Assembly: GCA_963748015.1 (NCBI GenBank)
Contig: CAVVHE010000009.1
Coordinates: 32,001-96,000 of the forward strand
Reading direction: 5' to 3'
Source of the DNA: Terriglobia bacterium
Lineage (GTDB): Bacteria > Acidobacteriota > Polarisedimenticolia > Polarisedimenticolales > JAIQFR01
Length of the DNA stretch: 64,000 nt
Both the position numbers and the translations under genes were made by a program. The notes beneath the pieces were generated by a model. It was not told the DNA's origin. It ran no database searches and was given only the letters and a program-made list of their open reading frames with translations. This document shows, one piece after another, positions 38,712-48,730 of the stretch. The first letter of the stretch is position 1; every line of letters starts with the position of its first letter.

Positions 38712-40498
38712 GCGCGGCACGGCGCCGCGGCGAGCCGCCGGACGGCACGGCGATCTGGGCCCGTCTCGAGCGGCTCCTGCACCGCGAGGGGAACGCGGTC
38801 CTCATGGGCCACCGCGACCTGCGCGCGCTGCCTCCGGACGAGCGCGTGGAGCGCGGAGAGTGCCTCGCGGGCCTCGGCTGGCTCGGCGAGGCGCCGCCGG
38901 GCACGATCCGCCTGCGCTGCGCCGAGAACCTGTCGAAGTGGCGCCGCGGCGACTCGCTGACGCTGAGGTCGCGCGAGGACGAGCGGGGGATCGCGGTCGT
39001 CTACGAGCGGTTCGAAGCGGCGACACGGACGCTCGTCGTGAAGCGCGACCCGTACCGGGGCGGCGGCGCCGTGGACGAGACGGCGGCGCTCGTGCTCGAC
39101 CCGGAGCCCGTCACGCTCCACACGCTGGCGATCGAGACGATCGCCTCGCTCGGGCAGCGGACCGACCCCGCGGCGGCGGCGGCGCGCTCGGTCCTCGAGC
39201 TGGCCGCCGAGCCGGCCATCTCGGACGCGGACGAGCGCTTCGCCTCGCTTCGCCTCGGGACCGAGGCCCTGCGCGGCCTCGACGATTCCCAGAAGGAGGC
39301 GTTCCTCGCCGCGGTGACGAAACGTCCCGTGGCGCTGGTCCAGGGACCGCCGGGGTCGGGCAAGACCTACCTTCTCGCGCAGGTCGTCGCGGCGCTCGCG
39401 CGGCGCGGCGAGCGGATCCTGATCACCGCGTACACGCACCGCGCGGTGAACAACGCGCTCCGCAAGCTGGCCGAGGTGGACAAGGGCCTCGATGCGCTGA
39501 AGGTCGGCCCCGCTCACGGCGCCGACGACCTCGAGGGGACCGGTGTCGCGCTCCTCCGGCGGTTCGGGGACGTCCGGCCGCCGAGACCGGGCCGCCCCCA
39601 GGTCCTGGGGGCCACGCTGTTCGGGCTCCGCGGGGCCGTGGGGAAGCTGAGCTTCGACCGCGCGGTGTTCGACGAGGCCGCTCAGGTGCCGCTGGCGTTC
39701 GCGCCGTGCGGGATGGCCGTCGCGTCGCGCTTCCTGTTCGTGGGGGACCACCGGCAGATGGGCCCCATCGTGCAGGGCGACCACGACGACCCGCTGGCCC
39801 GCACCTCCGTGTTCGAGTACCTGGCGAGCAAGTACGAGCCGGCGCTGCTCCGGACGACCTACCGGATGAACGATGGGATCAACGCGTTCCCCAGCCGGAC
39901 GTTCTACGGCGAGCGCCTCGAGGCCCATCCCGAGGCGGGCCGGCGGCGCTTCGGCCGGGTGGAGGGCGGGGCGTTCGACGCGGCGCTCGACCCCGAGCGC
40001 TCCGCGGTCTTCGTCACCATCCACCACGAGGGGTTCCGGACGCGTTCCGCTCCCGAGGCGCGCGCCGTCGCCGACCTCGCCCTCGAGATGCTGACGCGCC
40101 AGCGGCTGCGTCCCGAGGACCTCGCGGTGGTCGCCCCGTACCGGCAGCAGATCCGCGAGATCCGCACGCTGCTCCACCGCGCCCTCGATCCGCTCAAGAT
40201 CCCGCTCCCGGTGGTGGACACCGTGGAGCGGATCCAGGGGCAGGAGCGCGAGGCGGTGATCGTTTCGCTGACGGCGTCCGACCCGGAGTATCTCGCCGGG
40301 GAGCAGGCCAAGTTCTTCTTCTCGCCGAACCGCCTGAACGTCACGCTGACCCGCGCGCGCACCAAGCTGGTGATCTTCGCGAGCGGCCACCTCTTTCGCG
40401 CGATGCCCGCGGCGTTCGAGGACCTCCGCAACGCCGACCTGTTCAGGCGGCTCTACGCGGAGCTCCCGCGCGTGGACCTCTCGCCGTCCTATCTGTGA
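38708..40498 (+). CDS. SF1B helicase (Dna2/UPF1-like)
   Basis: Motifs QGPPGSGKT, THRAVNN, FDEAAQ, VGDHRQMGP, YRM, TVERIQGQERE and RLNVTLTRAR. Confidence 0.92.
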   Translation: MSAARRRGEPPDGTAIWARLERLLHREGNAVLMGHRDLRALPPDERVERGECLAGLGWLGEAPPGTIRLRCAENLSKWRRGDSLTLRSREDERGIAVVYERFEAATRTLVVKRDPYRGGGAVDETAALVLDPEPVTLHTLAIETIASLGQRTDPAAAAARSVLELAAEPAISDADERFASLRLGTEALRGLDDSQKEAFLAAVTKRPVALVQGPPGSGKTYLLAQVVAALARRGERILITAYTHRAVNNALRKLAEVDKGLDALKVGPAHGADDLEGTGVALLRRFGDVRPPRPGRPQVLGATLFGLRGAVGKLSFDRAVFDEAAQVPLAFAPCGMAVASRFLFVGDHRQMGPIVQGDHDDPLARTSVFEYLASKYEPALLRTTYRMNDGINAFPSRTFYGERLEAHPEAGRRRFGRVEGGAFDAALDPERSAVFVTIHHEGFRTRSAPEARAVADLALEMLTRQRLRPEDLAVVAPYRQQIREIRTLLHRALDPLKIPLPVVDTVERIQGQEREAVIVSLTASDPEYLAGEQAKFFFSPNRLNVTLTRARTKLVIFASGHLFRAMPAAFEDLRNADLFRRLYAELPRVDLSPSYL

Positions 40499-40514
40499 CG
40501 GCGGCCGGGGCCGC

Positions 40515-41445
40515 TCACACGGCGTAGGCGACGAGGTGGAGGGGGCGCCCTTCGTGCCAGAGCGCTTCGCCCTCGATGCCGTCGCCGCGAATCGTCATCT
40601 CGCGCCCGAGTCCTCGCGACGGGCGGGTCGTGACCCGCGCCGACGCGAGCGCGTCCATCCAGGCGCCCGGCTCCACCGTCGAGGCCGCCGCCCGAGGGTC
40701 CGGCCCGGCGTCCGCCGCGTGCGCGGCCTCGACCCAAGCCGGGACGGCCCACGGCGCGAGTGCCCTCCACGCCGCCGGATGGCCCGCGACCTCGAGGCCG
40801 AGGAGCCGGCCGCGCGAGAGGGCGACGATCCCGACCTGGCCTCGCACGAGGCCGATGCTCTCGGAGCGGCCGACGGCCGCGGCGGGCATCGGGGACGCCG
40901 TCTCCGCCCTGTCCGCGGCCGGGCTCCGGGGCTCGCACCCGGGAACGACGGGGGTCGACCGGGCCGGCCGCGACCGAGACCACCGCGAGCGGCGGAACGA
41001 AAATGGAGCCGGCCGCCACCCGATCCGGGTCGCGCACCTGCAGAGGCTGTCCCTCGAGGATCAACACGGGCTCGCCGCCGCGGTTCACCGCTTCGACCTC
41101 GTCCGCGCCCGCGCCTCGCTCCCGGAGCTCGAGGACGCCGGCGGACAGGGCCTCGCGCAGGAGGAGCTCCCGTGTTCGTGTCGCCCTGCCGATCCGCAGG
41201 GGGATCAGCTCGACGCCACCGTGGTCTTGCGCCGGAGCTTGCGCGAGCCCCCTGATCCACGCGGAGAGCCGGAGCGCTCTAGCCTCGTCGTTCATCGCCT
41301 CGCTCAAGAGGGCGCCTCCCCACTCCGGCAGGTGGCTCGCCGGGAACCCGAATTCGTGCAGGAAAGCGGTGTCCCGGAGCCCGGCCGGGCCGCGTCTGGG
41401 ATCGATCGCCTGTGCTCGACAGTTGCCGGACCGTGACGCTCCCAT
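40515..41445 (-). pseudogene. ARPP-1/DUF6569-like protein, frameshifted and apparently shortened
   Basis: N-part LREAL..GVLELRE...VNRGGEPVLILEG and C-part GQVGIVAL...RGLG...GEALWHEGRPLHLVAY are in different frames (switch near 40890-40940). Start is 41445 or 41295. Confidence 0.6.
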
Positions 41446-41601
41446 GCACCTCTCCTCGGAAGGAAGAACACCGCCTCAACCCCCAAGTATCACCGCGGCC
41501 CGCGAATTCCCTCTTTGTTTACCAAGAATTCAACGACCGAAAGACGGTGGCTCGGCCTTCTTGGAACTCCTGACGTCATTGGGACCCCTTGCCGCCGTTT
41601 C

Positions 41602-41637
41602 TTGCAAAAATTTACCGCGCAATCAATATTCCGTCAA
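41602..41637 (-). promoter_or_regulatory. Sigma-70 promoter toward the ARPP-1-like gene, overlapped by a possible divergent promoter
   Basis: Minus strand TTGACG-N17-TAAATT (41637-41609) and plus strand TTGCAA-N17-AATATT (41602-41630), in an AT-rich patch. Confidence 0.6.
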
Positions 41638-41693
41638 GTCTCTTTATTGAATCACCGGTGAATTAAGGACAGGGCTGGGCTAGAATCAGCGCG

Positions 41694-42563
41694 ATGAGCG
41701 AAGACGAAGGACGACGCCCTTTCAAGGAGCGCGAGGCGGATCGCATCCCGCTTCACGAACGAATCCGCAACCTCCGCCAGAAGCGGGGGCTGACCGGTTA
41801 CGAGCTGGCGCGCAAGGCGGGGATCTCCCCCTCGTACGTCTCCCTCATCGAGAACGGGCTCAAGGTCCCCGAGGAGGCGGTCGCGGCGGCGATCGCCGGC
41901 GCCCTCGGCGACGACCAGAGCCTCTACCTCGCCTGGGCGCGCACGTCGCGGCATGCCAACCTCGTGGAAACGCGCGATGCGCTCGACCGGGCGCTACTCA
42001 TCTCGCAGGACCAGGGCTTGAGGAAGCGCCTCGCGAGCGGCGAAGAGCTGGTCGGGGACGACGCGCGCCCTCGCGCCGGTTCGGTCGGGGAAGTCTCGCG
42101 CGCCCCGGCCGTCCGCGAGACGGCCGACGTCCACGACGAGAGGTGCCTGCCTCCGGTCATCCTGGTCCCGCTCCTTGCCGAGGGGACCGACCCGGATGCC
42201 GCCGGCCCGCAGCTCCTGGAGCCGCTCGGGATCGACGCCGCGGCGGTTCCGCCCGAGGACCGGCCGGGCCTGTTCGCGTATCGCGTGACCGCCCGCGGCG
42301 CGCGGCGGTTGCGCGGCCAGGTCGAGGCCGGCTCGCTCGTGGTGATCTCGCGGCGCTTCCGCCCGCCCGCTCCCGAGCGGATCCACGCCGTCCGCACTCG
42401 CGGCGAGGTGGTCTTGAGCCGCACGCTGTGGAAGGGAAGCTCTCTGCTGCTCCTGCCTTCCGAGGGAGACGGCGACTTCGAGGACGTCGAGGTGGGAGAC
42501 GCCTCGCGTCTTCGCGAGATCCTCGTGGGGAGCGTGGTGCTCTCGCTCAGGCGCTGGGACTAG
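41694..42563 (+). CDS. XRE-family HTH regulator with a degenerate S24/LexA-like C-terminal domain
   Basis: IRNLRQKRGLTGYELARKAGISPSYVSLIENG, then VPLL...FAYRV...GSLVVI...GSVV. Confidence 0.78.
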   Translation: MSEDEGRRPFKEREADRIPLHERIRNLRQKRGLTGYELARKAGISPSYVSLIENGLKVPEEAVAAAIAGALGDDQSLYLAWARTSRHANLVETRDALDRALLISQDQGLRKRLASGEELVGDDARPRAGSVGEVSRAPAVRETADVHDERCLPPVILVPLLAEGTDPDAAGPQLLEPLGIDAAAVPPEDRPGLFAYRVTARGARRLRGQVEAGSLVVISRRFRPPAPERIHAVRTRGEVVLSRTLWKGSSLLLLPSEGDGDFEDVEVGDASRLREILVGSVVLSLRRWD

Positions 42564-42632
42564 CTCGAAAACGGCCGGGGCCGCCCCGCATCGGCGGAGC
42601 GGCCCCGGCGATTCGATCGGGTCGCGAGGGGA

Positions 42633-43712
42633 CTATCGCATGGAGGCTTTCGCAAGCTCCTCGTCGATCATCGCCTTGAACTCCTCGACCGGCTTCGCGC
42701 CGACGATCATCCGGCCGTTCACGAAGAACGACGGGGTGCCGGTCACGCCGGCGGCCATCCCCTCGTCGAAGGAGGCCTTGATCGCCGCTTCCGGCTTCTT
42801 GCCGTCGTAGCAGGCGTTGAACTTGCCGGCGTCGAGCTTCACCGCGGTCGCGCGCTTCTTGAGGTCGTCGTCGCTCAGGTCCCCCTGCTCCTTCATCAGG
42901 TTCGCGTACATGTCCCAGTACTTCCCCTGCTCCGCGGCGCAGTGCGCGGCGATCGAGGCCGGCATCGCCCTGGGGTGGAACGAGAGCGGGTAGTCGCGGT
43001 ACACGAAGCGGATCTTGTCGCCGTAGAGGGCCAGGACCTGCTCGATCGTCGGCTCGGCCCGCTTGCAGAACGGGCACTGGAAGTCGGAGAACACGATCAT
43101 GGTCACGGGCGCCTTCTCGGGTCCCTTCACGCCGGGCCAGCCGGCCGGCACGCTCACGGCGACCCGCGGCGGCTCGAGCATCACCTTCAGATTGGCCTTG
43201 TCCTGCAGCTCCTTCACGAAGGCCGCCCTGCGCGTCTGGAGCTTCTGCTGGCGAAGCGCGTTCTCGATGTCGGGCGTGGCCTGCTCGAGCGTCTTGCCGC
43301 CGAGGCGGGCCTTGTTCTGCTCGTAGAACGTGTTGACCTCGACCTTGGTGATCTGGCCCGCCTTGTCGTCCACCTCGGCCTTGAGCAGGTCGGCGACCTG
43401 CACGGAGCGCGCGGCCGCCTCCTTCTCGAGGAGCTTCTGCTGGACGATCTGATCGAGGGCCGCCCGCTTGACCGTGTAGGTGTCCTGGGCGACCTGCCGG
43501 CGGAAGGACGCCTCTTGCTGGCGGAGCCTCTCCATGCCGGCCTCGGCCTGCTTGTTCACCTGATCCATCGAGATCTGCTCGCTGCCTAGATAGGCGGCCA
43601 CGCTGGAGCCCGCGGCCGGCGCGCTCGCGGCCTTGTCTTTCTCCTTGGCCACGACGGGGAACGCCGCCAGGACGAGCAGCAGCGCGAGGGTCGGGATGTT
43701 CCGCGACTTCAT
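42633..43712 (-). CDS. DsbA/thioredoxin-domain protein with helical N-terminal domain
   Basis: Signal peptide, FSDFQCPFC, RDYPLSFH and GTPSFFVNG. Confidence 0.92.
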   Translation of the reverse strand: MKSRNIPTLALLLVLAAFPVVAKEKDKAASAPAAGSSVAAYLGSEQISMDQVNKQAEAGMERLRQQEASFRRQVAQDTYTVKRAALDQIVQQKLLEKEAAARSVQVADLLKAEVDDKAGQITKVEVNTFYEQNKARLGGKTLEQATPDIENALRQQKLQTRRAAFVKELQDKANLKVMLEPPRVAVSVPAGWPGVKGPEKAPVTMIVFSDFQCPFCKRAEPTIEQVLALYGDKIRFVYRDYPLSFHPRAMPASIAAHCAAEQGKYWDMYANLMKEQGDLSDDDLKKRATAVKLDAGKFNACYDGKKPEAAIKASFDEGMAAGVTGTPSFFVNGRMIVGAKPVEEFKAMIDEELAKASMR

Positions 43713-43848
43713 GGATCGAGCCTCCGTGCGCCCCACGAGGGAGCGCTTGCCATACACGGCGCCCCGGGGGAATCCGAGGCTGCAAAACCTCAAAACTATA
43801 CACGGCGGCCCCGGGACCGTCCACCGACCGGGGCGCGGGTCCGATATC

Positions 43849-45192
43849 ATGGAAGCCGTGAGAGAGACGGTCGCGGTGGTTGGAGGCGGCCTCGCCGGAA
43901 GCGAGGCGGCGTGGCAGCTCGCCCGGCGGGGGGTGGCGGTGCGACTCCACGAGATGCGCCCCGAGCGCCCCACTCCCGTCCATCGAACCGGCGACCTCGC
44001 GGAGCTCGTCTGCTCCAACTCGTTGAAATCGTTGGAGCTCTCCACACCCCACGGCGTGCTCAAGAGGGAGATGGAGATCCTGGGCTCCCTGATCCTCCGC
44101 TGCGCCGCGGCGACGCGGGTCCCGGCCGGGGGCGCGCTCGCGGTGGACCGCGACGCGTTCTCGCGGGAGGTGACCCGCGCGATCGCGGAGGAGCCTCTCG
44201 TCACCGTGGTCCGCGAGGAGGTCCGTGAGCTCCCGTCGCCCGGGATCGTGGTCCTCGCCGCCGGCCCGATGGTCTCGGACGCCCTCGCGGCGGCGATCGC
44301 CCGCTTCACCGGGGAATCGCACCTGCACTTCTTCGACGCGATCGCCCCCGTGATCGACGCGGCGTCCCTCGACCGCTCGATCGTGTTCGCGGCGTCGCGC
44401 TACGGCAAGGGTGGGGGCGAGGACTACCTCAACTGCCCGATGACGGACGAGGAGTACGAGAGCTTCCTGGCGCTGCTCCTCGCCGGAGAGAAGGCGCCGC
44501 TCCACGAGGTGGACCGAACGCCGTACTTCGAGGGGTGCCTCCCGATCGAGGAGATGGCGCGGCGGGGAAGGGACACGATGCGGTTCGGCCCGATGAAGCC
44601 GGTCGGGCTCACGGACCCGAGGACCGGCCGGCGCCCTCACGCCGTGGTCCAGCTCCGGCAGGACGATCTCGCCGCGGAGCACTACTCCATGGTCGGCTTC
44701 CAGACGCAGCTCCGCTGGAAAGAACAGGAGAGGATCTTCCGCGCGATCCCCGGGCTCGCCGGCGCGGAATTCGTCCGGCTCGGCCAGGTCCACCGCAACA
44801 CCTACGTCAACGCGCCGAAGGTCCTCGAGCCGACGCTCGAGTCGCGCGCGCGGGAAGGGCTCTTCTTCGCGGGCCAGCTCTCCGGGGTCGAGGGGTACAC
44901 CGAGTCGGCGGCCACGGGGCTCCTCGCCGGGATCAACGCCGCGCGGCGGGCGAAGGGGTCGGTCCCCGTGGCTCTCCCGCGCGAGTCCATCCTCGGCGCC
45001 CTGTGCCGGTACATCTCGGCGGCGAACCCGGACGGCTACCAGCCGACCAACGTGACCTTCGGCCTCCTCCCCGAGCCCCCCGCCCACGTGCGAAAGAAGA
45101 AGGACCGGCGGGAGGCGCGGGGCGCGGCGGCGGTGCGCGCGGCCGAGGCGTGGGCCGCGGAGCAGGTTGCCGGCGAGGAGGGGGCCGCGTGA
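43849..45192 (+). CDS. trmFO: Folate/FAD-dependent tRNA m5U54 methyltransferase
   Basis: Motifs GGGLAGSEAA, ELVCSNS, FEGCLPIE, GPMKPVGL, HRNTY and GVEGY. Confidence 0.97.
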   Translation: MEAVRETVAVVGGGLAGSEAAWQLARRGVAVRLHEMRPERPTPVHRTGDLAELVCSNSLKSLELSTPHGVLKREMEILGSLILRCAAATRVPAGGALAVDRDAFSREVTRAIAEEPLVTVVREEVRELPSPGIVVLAAGPMVSDALAAAIARFTGESHLHFFDAIAPVIDAASLDRSIVFAASRYGKGGGEDYLNCPMTDEEYESFLALLLAGEKAPLHEVDRTPYFEGCLPIEEMARRGRDTMRFGPMKPVGLTDPRTGRRPHAVVQLRQDDLAAEHYSMVGFQTQLRWKEQERIFRAIPGLAGAEFVRLGQVHRNTYVNAPKVLEPTLESRAREGLFFAGQLSGVEGYTESAATGLLAGINAARRAKGSVPVALPRESILGALCRYISAANPDGYQPTNVTFGLLPEPPAHVRKKKDRREARGAAAVRAAEAWAAEQVAGEEGAA

Positions 45193-46127
45193 CGAAGCGG
45201 GCGTCGCCGTACTTCGAGGCCGTGGACCGGTTCCTCGCGTACCTGCGCGACCAGCGCCGCGCCTCCCCCCAAACACTGCGCGCCTACGAGAGCGACCTCG
45301 CGCAGTTCGGCGCGTTCCTGTCCGAGGAGCATTCGGGTGGGCCGGCGCCCGGTCCCGCGGGGATCGACGCGCTCGCGGTCCGCGGGTTCGTCGCGCGGCT
45401 GCACCGCTCGGGGCTCGGCCGCTCGTCCGTGGCGCGGAAGCTCTCCGCGGTCCGCTCCTTCATGGAGAACGCGGTGCGCGAGGGGCGCATCGACTCGAGC
45501 CCCGCCAAGACCGTGCCGACGCCCAAGGTCCCGAAGCGGCTCCCCCGCAACCTGACGGTGGACGAGGTCTTCGCCCTCCTCGACGGCATCGAGGGGTCGG
45601 ACGAGGCGGGGATCCGCGACCGGGCGATCCTGGAGTTCCTCTACGCCACCGGGCTCCGCGTCGGCGAGCTGGTGTCGCTCGATCTCGAGGACCTCGACCT
45701 GGCGGGCGAGACCGTGCGGGTCCTCGGCAAGGGAAACAAGGAACGGATCGTCCCGTTCGGCAGCAAGGCGAAGAGCGCGCTCCTGCGGTGGATCGAAACG
45801 TCCCGCCCGCTCCGCGAGACCGGCGATGCCGGCGCCGTGTTCCTGAACCCGAGGGGCGGGCGCCTCACCGACCGGAGCGTGAGGCGGATCCTCGACCGGC
45901 GCCTGCGCGAGGCGTCGGTCCGAGCGCACGTGTCCCCGCACGCCCTGCGGCACTCGTTCGCGACCCACCTCCTCGGCGCCGGCGCGGACCTTCGCGCGAT
46001 CCAGGAGCTCCTCGGCCACGCCTCGCTCTCCACCACCCAGCGCTACACCCACGTCAGCATGGACGCCCTGATGAAGGTCTACGACGCGGCCCACCCGCGC
46101 GCGCATCGCAAGCCGGCGGTTCGCTGA
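45189..46127 (+). CDS. xerC: Tyrosine recombinase XerC
   Basis: Motifs LYATGLRVGEL, GKGNKER, HALRHSFATH and LLGHASLSTTQRY. Follows trmFO. Confidence 0.92.
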   Translation: MTKRASPYFEAVDRFLAYLRDQRRASPQTLRAYESDLAQFGAFLSEEHSGGPAPGPAGIDALAVRGFVARLHRSGLGRSSVARKLSAVRSFMENAVREGRIDSSPAKTVPTPKVPKRLPRNLTVDEVFALLDGIEGSDEAGIRDRAILEFLYATGLRVGELVSLDLEDLDLAGETVRVLGKGNKERIVPFGSKAKSALLRWIETSRPLRETGDAGAVFLNPRGGRLTDRSVRRILDRRLREASVRAHVSPHALRHSFATHLLGAGADLRAIQELLGHASLSTTQRYTHVSMDALMKVYDAAHPRAHRKPAVR

Positions 46128-46150
46128 CCTTCGGGACCGGGAGCTACCGC

Positions 46151-46972
46151 ATGGAAGATACTTCCGCCGCACTCCTCGAGCTCGAGCGGACCGCCGTCGG
46201 GGCGGCGCTCGCCGCGGGCGAGGTCCTGCGCCGCCGGTTCCGGGAGAAGGCGCGGCTCCGCGTCGAGACGAAGGGGCTGCACGATTTCGTCACCGAGGTG
46301 GACCGCGAGGCGGAGGCGGCCGCGGTGGGGTACATCCGCTCGCGCTACCCCGGCCACGGCATCCTCGCCGAGGAAGGAACGGCGGCGCCGGCGGGGGACG
46401 GCTACCGCTGGATCCTGGATCCGCTCGACGGCACGACCAACTTCATCCACGGCGTGCCGACCTTCTGCGTCTCGGTCGCCGTGGAGGACGGCGAGGGGCT
46501 CGCGGCCGGCGCGATCCACGACCCCTTCCACGACGAGACGTTCGAGGCGCGCCGCGGCGGCGGGGCCCGGCTCGGAGGGAGCCCGATCGCGTGCGCGTCC
46601 CCCGCGACCATGGACGACGCGCTCGTCGCGACCGGCTTCCCGTTTCGCGAGCTCAAGCGCTTCGATCGCTACGTCGCGTCCTTCGAGGGGTTCGTGCGCG
46701 CGACCGCGGGGATAAGGCGCGCGGGCTCGGCGGCGCTCGACCTCGCCTTCGTCGCCTGCGGCCGGTACGACGGGTTCTGGGAGATCGGACTGTCGCCGTG
46801 GGACGTCGCCGCCGGGGCGCTCCTGGTCCGGGAGGCCGGGGGGATCGTGACGGACGTGCTGGGAGGTCCCGGCTTCATCGAGCGCGGCGACGTTCTCGCC
46901 GCGGGCGGCGGACTCCACACCCAGATGCTCCGCATCACGAGAGCGGCGTTCGGAGAGGGAGGCAGCCGCTGA
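46151..46972 (+). CDS. suhB: Inositol monophosphatase family protein
   Basis: Motifs DPLDGTTNF, RRAGSAALDL and WDVAAG. Confidence 0.9.
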   Translation: MEDTSAALLELERTAVGAALAAGEVLRRRFREKARLRVETKGLHDFVTEVDREAEAAAVGYIRSRYPGHGILAEEGTAAPAGDGYRWILDPLDGTTNFIHGVPTFCVSVAVEDGEGLAAGAIHDPFHDETFEARRGGGARLGGSPIACASPATMDDALVATGFPFRELKRFDRYVASFEGFVRATAGIRRAGSAALDLAFVACGRYDGFWEIGLSPWDVAAGALLVREAGGIVTDVLGGPGFIERGDVLAAGGGLHTQMLRITRAAFGEGGSR

Positions 46973-47023
46973 TTCGCCCCTCGAGGGAAACGGGGTGGAG
47001 AGGATTCCTTCGGACCGGGGACG

Positions 47024-47428
47024 CTAGGCCAGCGGCTCCGGCGGGACTGTCCCCTGCTTCTCTTCTTCCTGCTTGTACAGGTACTTGATCGAGTGCTTGA
47101 ACAGGAGGAGATTCGGGCTTCCCTCGCGGTTGACCTTGATGCAGGCGCGGTCGTACCACTCGATGTGGCCGCGGATCTGCTCGCCGTTGTCGAGCACGAC
47201 CACCATCGGGGTCTTGCTGTTCATCTGCTTCAGGTAGTAGAACGCCTCGGCGCTGGTCTGCTCGGGAGGAACGGGCCGGCGACGAGGAGGCGGAGCGCCG
47301 CCGCCCTGCGCGGGAGCCTCCCGTCCCGCGCCTGGCTGCCCGCCGGGCGCGCCCGCCGGCACGCGGTTGGGCGCGAACTTCTCCTTGATCTCGGCCAGGT
47401 TCGGCCTGACCAGCTTCCGGTTGATCAT
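47024..47428 (-). CDS. hfq: Hfq-like Sm-fold RNA chaperone with N-terminal extension
   Basis: KTPMVVVLDNGEQIRGHIEWYD...LLFKHSI (Sm1/Sm2-like). Confidence 0.75.
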   Translation of the reverse strand: MINRKLVRPNLAEIKEKFAPNRVPAGAPGGQPGAGREAPAQGGGAPPPRRRPVPPEQTSAEAFYYLKQMNSKTPMVVVLDNGEQIRGHIEWYDRACIKVNREGSPNLLLFKHSIKYLYKQEEEKQGTVPPEPLA

Positions 47429-47695
47429 CTCGATCCTCCTGGGATCAGACCCACGACCGGCGGCGCTGCCGGAGCCGGCGGAAGCACTTGCGCCGGCATC
47501 TTCCGAGTCCCGATGCCGCCCGCAGTCGGTCGGCCCTAGGCCGATCGTCCAGCGAGCTGTGGTATCCGGTTTGGCGCTGGTTCGAGTGCGGGGCGCGTGC
47601 CCCGCCTACCGTCAAAACTCTCGCTATAAGAAATAGCACTACGAGGAGGGGTGTGCAACCCGAAATTGGGAGAATTCCAACGGTGGACGGAAAGC

Positions 47696-48712
47696 TCAGG
47701 AGTCGAAGGCCCCGGGCGGGATCCGGCTCTGGTACTTCGGCGAGACCCAGATATCGGCTTCCTTGCGGGCCCTCTTCAGGAAGTCGTTGTAGGCCTGCTC
47801 GAATTTCTCCCGGTAGATCAGCTGCTTCAGCTCGGGGCGCAGCTCCTCGAGGGGGCGGGTCCTCTCCTCGACCCGGGTCTCCACCTTGACGAGGTGGAAC
47901 CCGTACGGCATCTCCAGGACCTGGCTGACCTCCCCCGGCGGGATGCTGAAAACCACCGCCTCGAGCAGGGTGGCTAGCTCTCCCTTCTTGACGTCCGAGA
48001 TCAGCCCGCCCGAACCTCGCGTCCCGGCGTCGGAAACCTCCCTCGCGATGGCCTCGAAGTCCGCCCCGGGGGTCGCCGCGCGCGCGCGGACCTTCTCGGC
48101 TTCGGCCCGCCGCTCTGGCTTCTTGTCCGCGTCGGCCAGGAGGACGATCTCCCGCAGCGTGGCGACGGCCGGGATCAGCCCCACCTCGGGATGAGCGGCG
48201 TAGTAGGCGTCGACTTCCTTGTCGCTGACCGCCACTCGGTCCTTCACCTCGTACCCCAGCACCTGCTCCGGCGCCGTCCACTCGACCAGCTTCTTCTTGA
48301 GGTCCGCGATGGTCATGTGCTCCTGGTCGAGCATCTTCTTGAGGTCCTCGTCGCTCTTGATCTTCCGGTCCTCGCGGAACTGGGACAGGAGGTTGTCCCC
48401 CATCTTGTCCATGTCGAACAGGCGCGAGGCGCGGTGCAGGAGGATCTTCCGGTCGATGAGGGAGAGCAGGAGGCTCGCCTTCGCGTTCTTGACCTTCTCG
48501 TCCAGGTCCTTCCCGGTGAAGGAGCGGTACAGGTCGGCGAGCAGGTCGGACTCGGCCTCCTGCAGATCGGCCCGGGTGATGATGTCGTCGTTGATCTTCG
48601 CGACGATCTCCTCGACCACCTCGCCGCGCGCGGGCGGAGACGCGGCGATCCCCGCAAGAACGGCGAGGACGATCGCGGCGCCGATACCGATCCGTGCTTT
48701 CATCCGATCCAC
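47696..48712 (-). CDS. SurA-like peptidyl-prolyl isomerase
   Basis: VEEIVAKINDDIIT, FEAIAREVSD, SGG and YGFHLVKV. Confidence 0.88.
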   Translation of the reverse strand: MDRMKARIGIGAAIVLAVLAGIAASPPARGEVVEEIVAKINDDIITRADLQEAESDLLADLYRSFTGKDLDEKVKNAKASLLLSLIDRKILLHRASRLFDMDKMGDNLLSQFREDRKIKSDEDLKKMLDQEHMTIADLKKKLVEWTAPEQVLGYEVKDRVAVSDKEVDAYYAAHPEVGLIPAVATLREIVLLADADKKPERRAEAEKVRARAATPGADFEAIAREVSDAGTRGSGGLISDVKKGELATLLEAVVFSIPPGEVSQVLEMPYGFHLVKVETRVEERTRPLEELRPELKQLIYREKFEQAYNDFLKRARKEADIWVSPKYQSRIPPGAFDS

Positions 48713-48730
48713 CTCCGATCCCCCCGGCTC

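Noticed and set aside
45189..46127. Tyrosine recombinase as a prophage or island integrase
   Set aside because: It has XerC size and motifs, sits in a housekeeping trmFO-xerC context, and no att sites or phage genes are visible.
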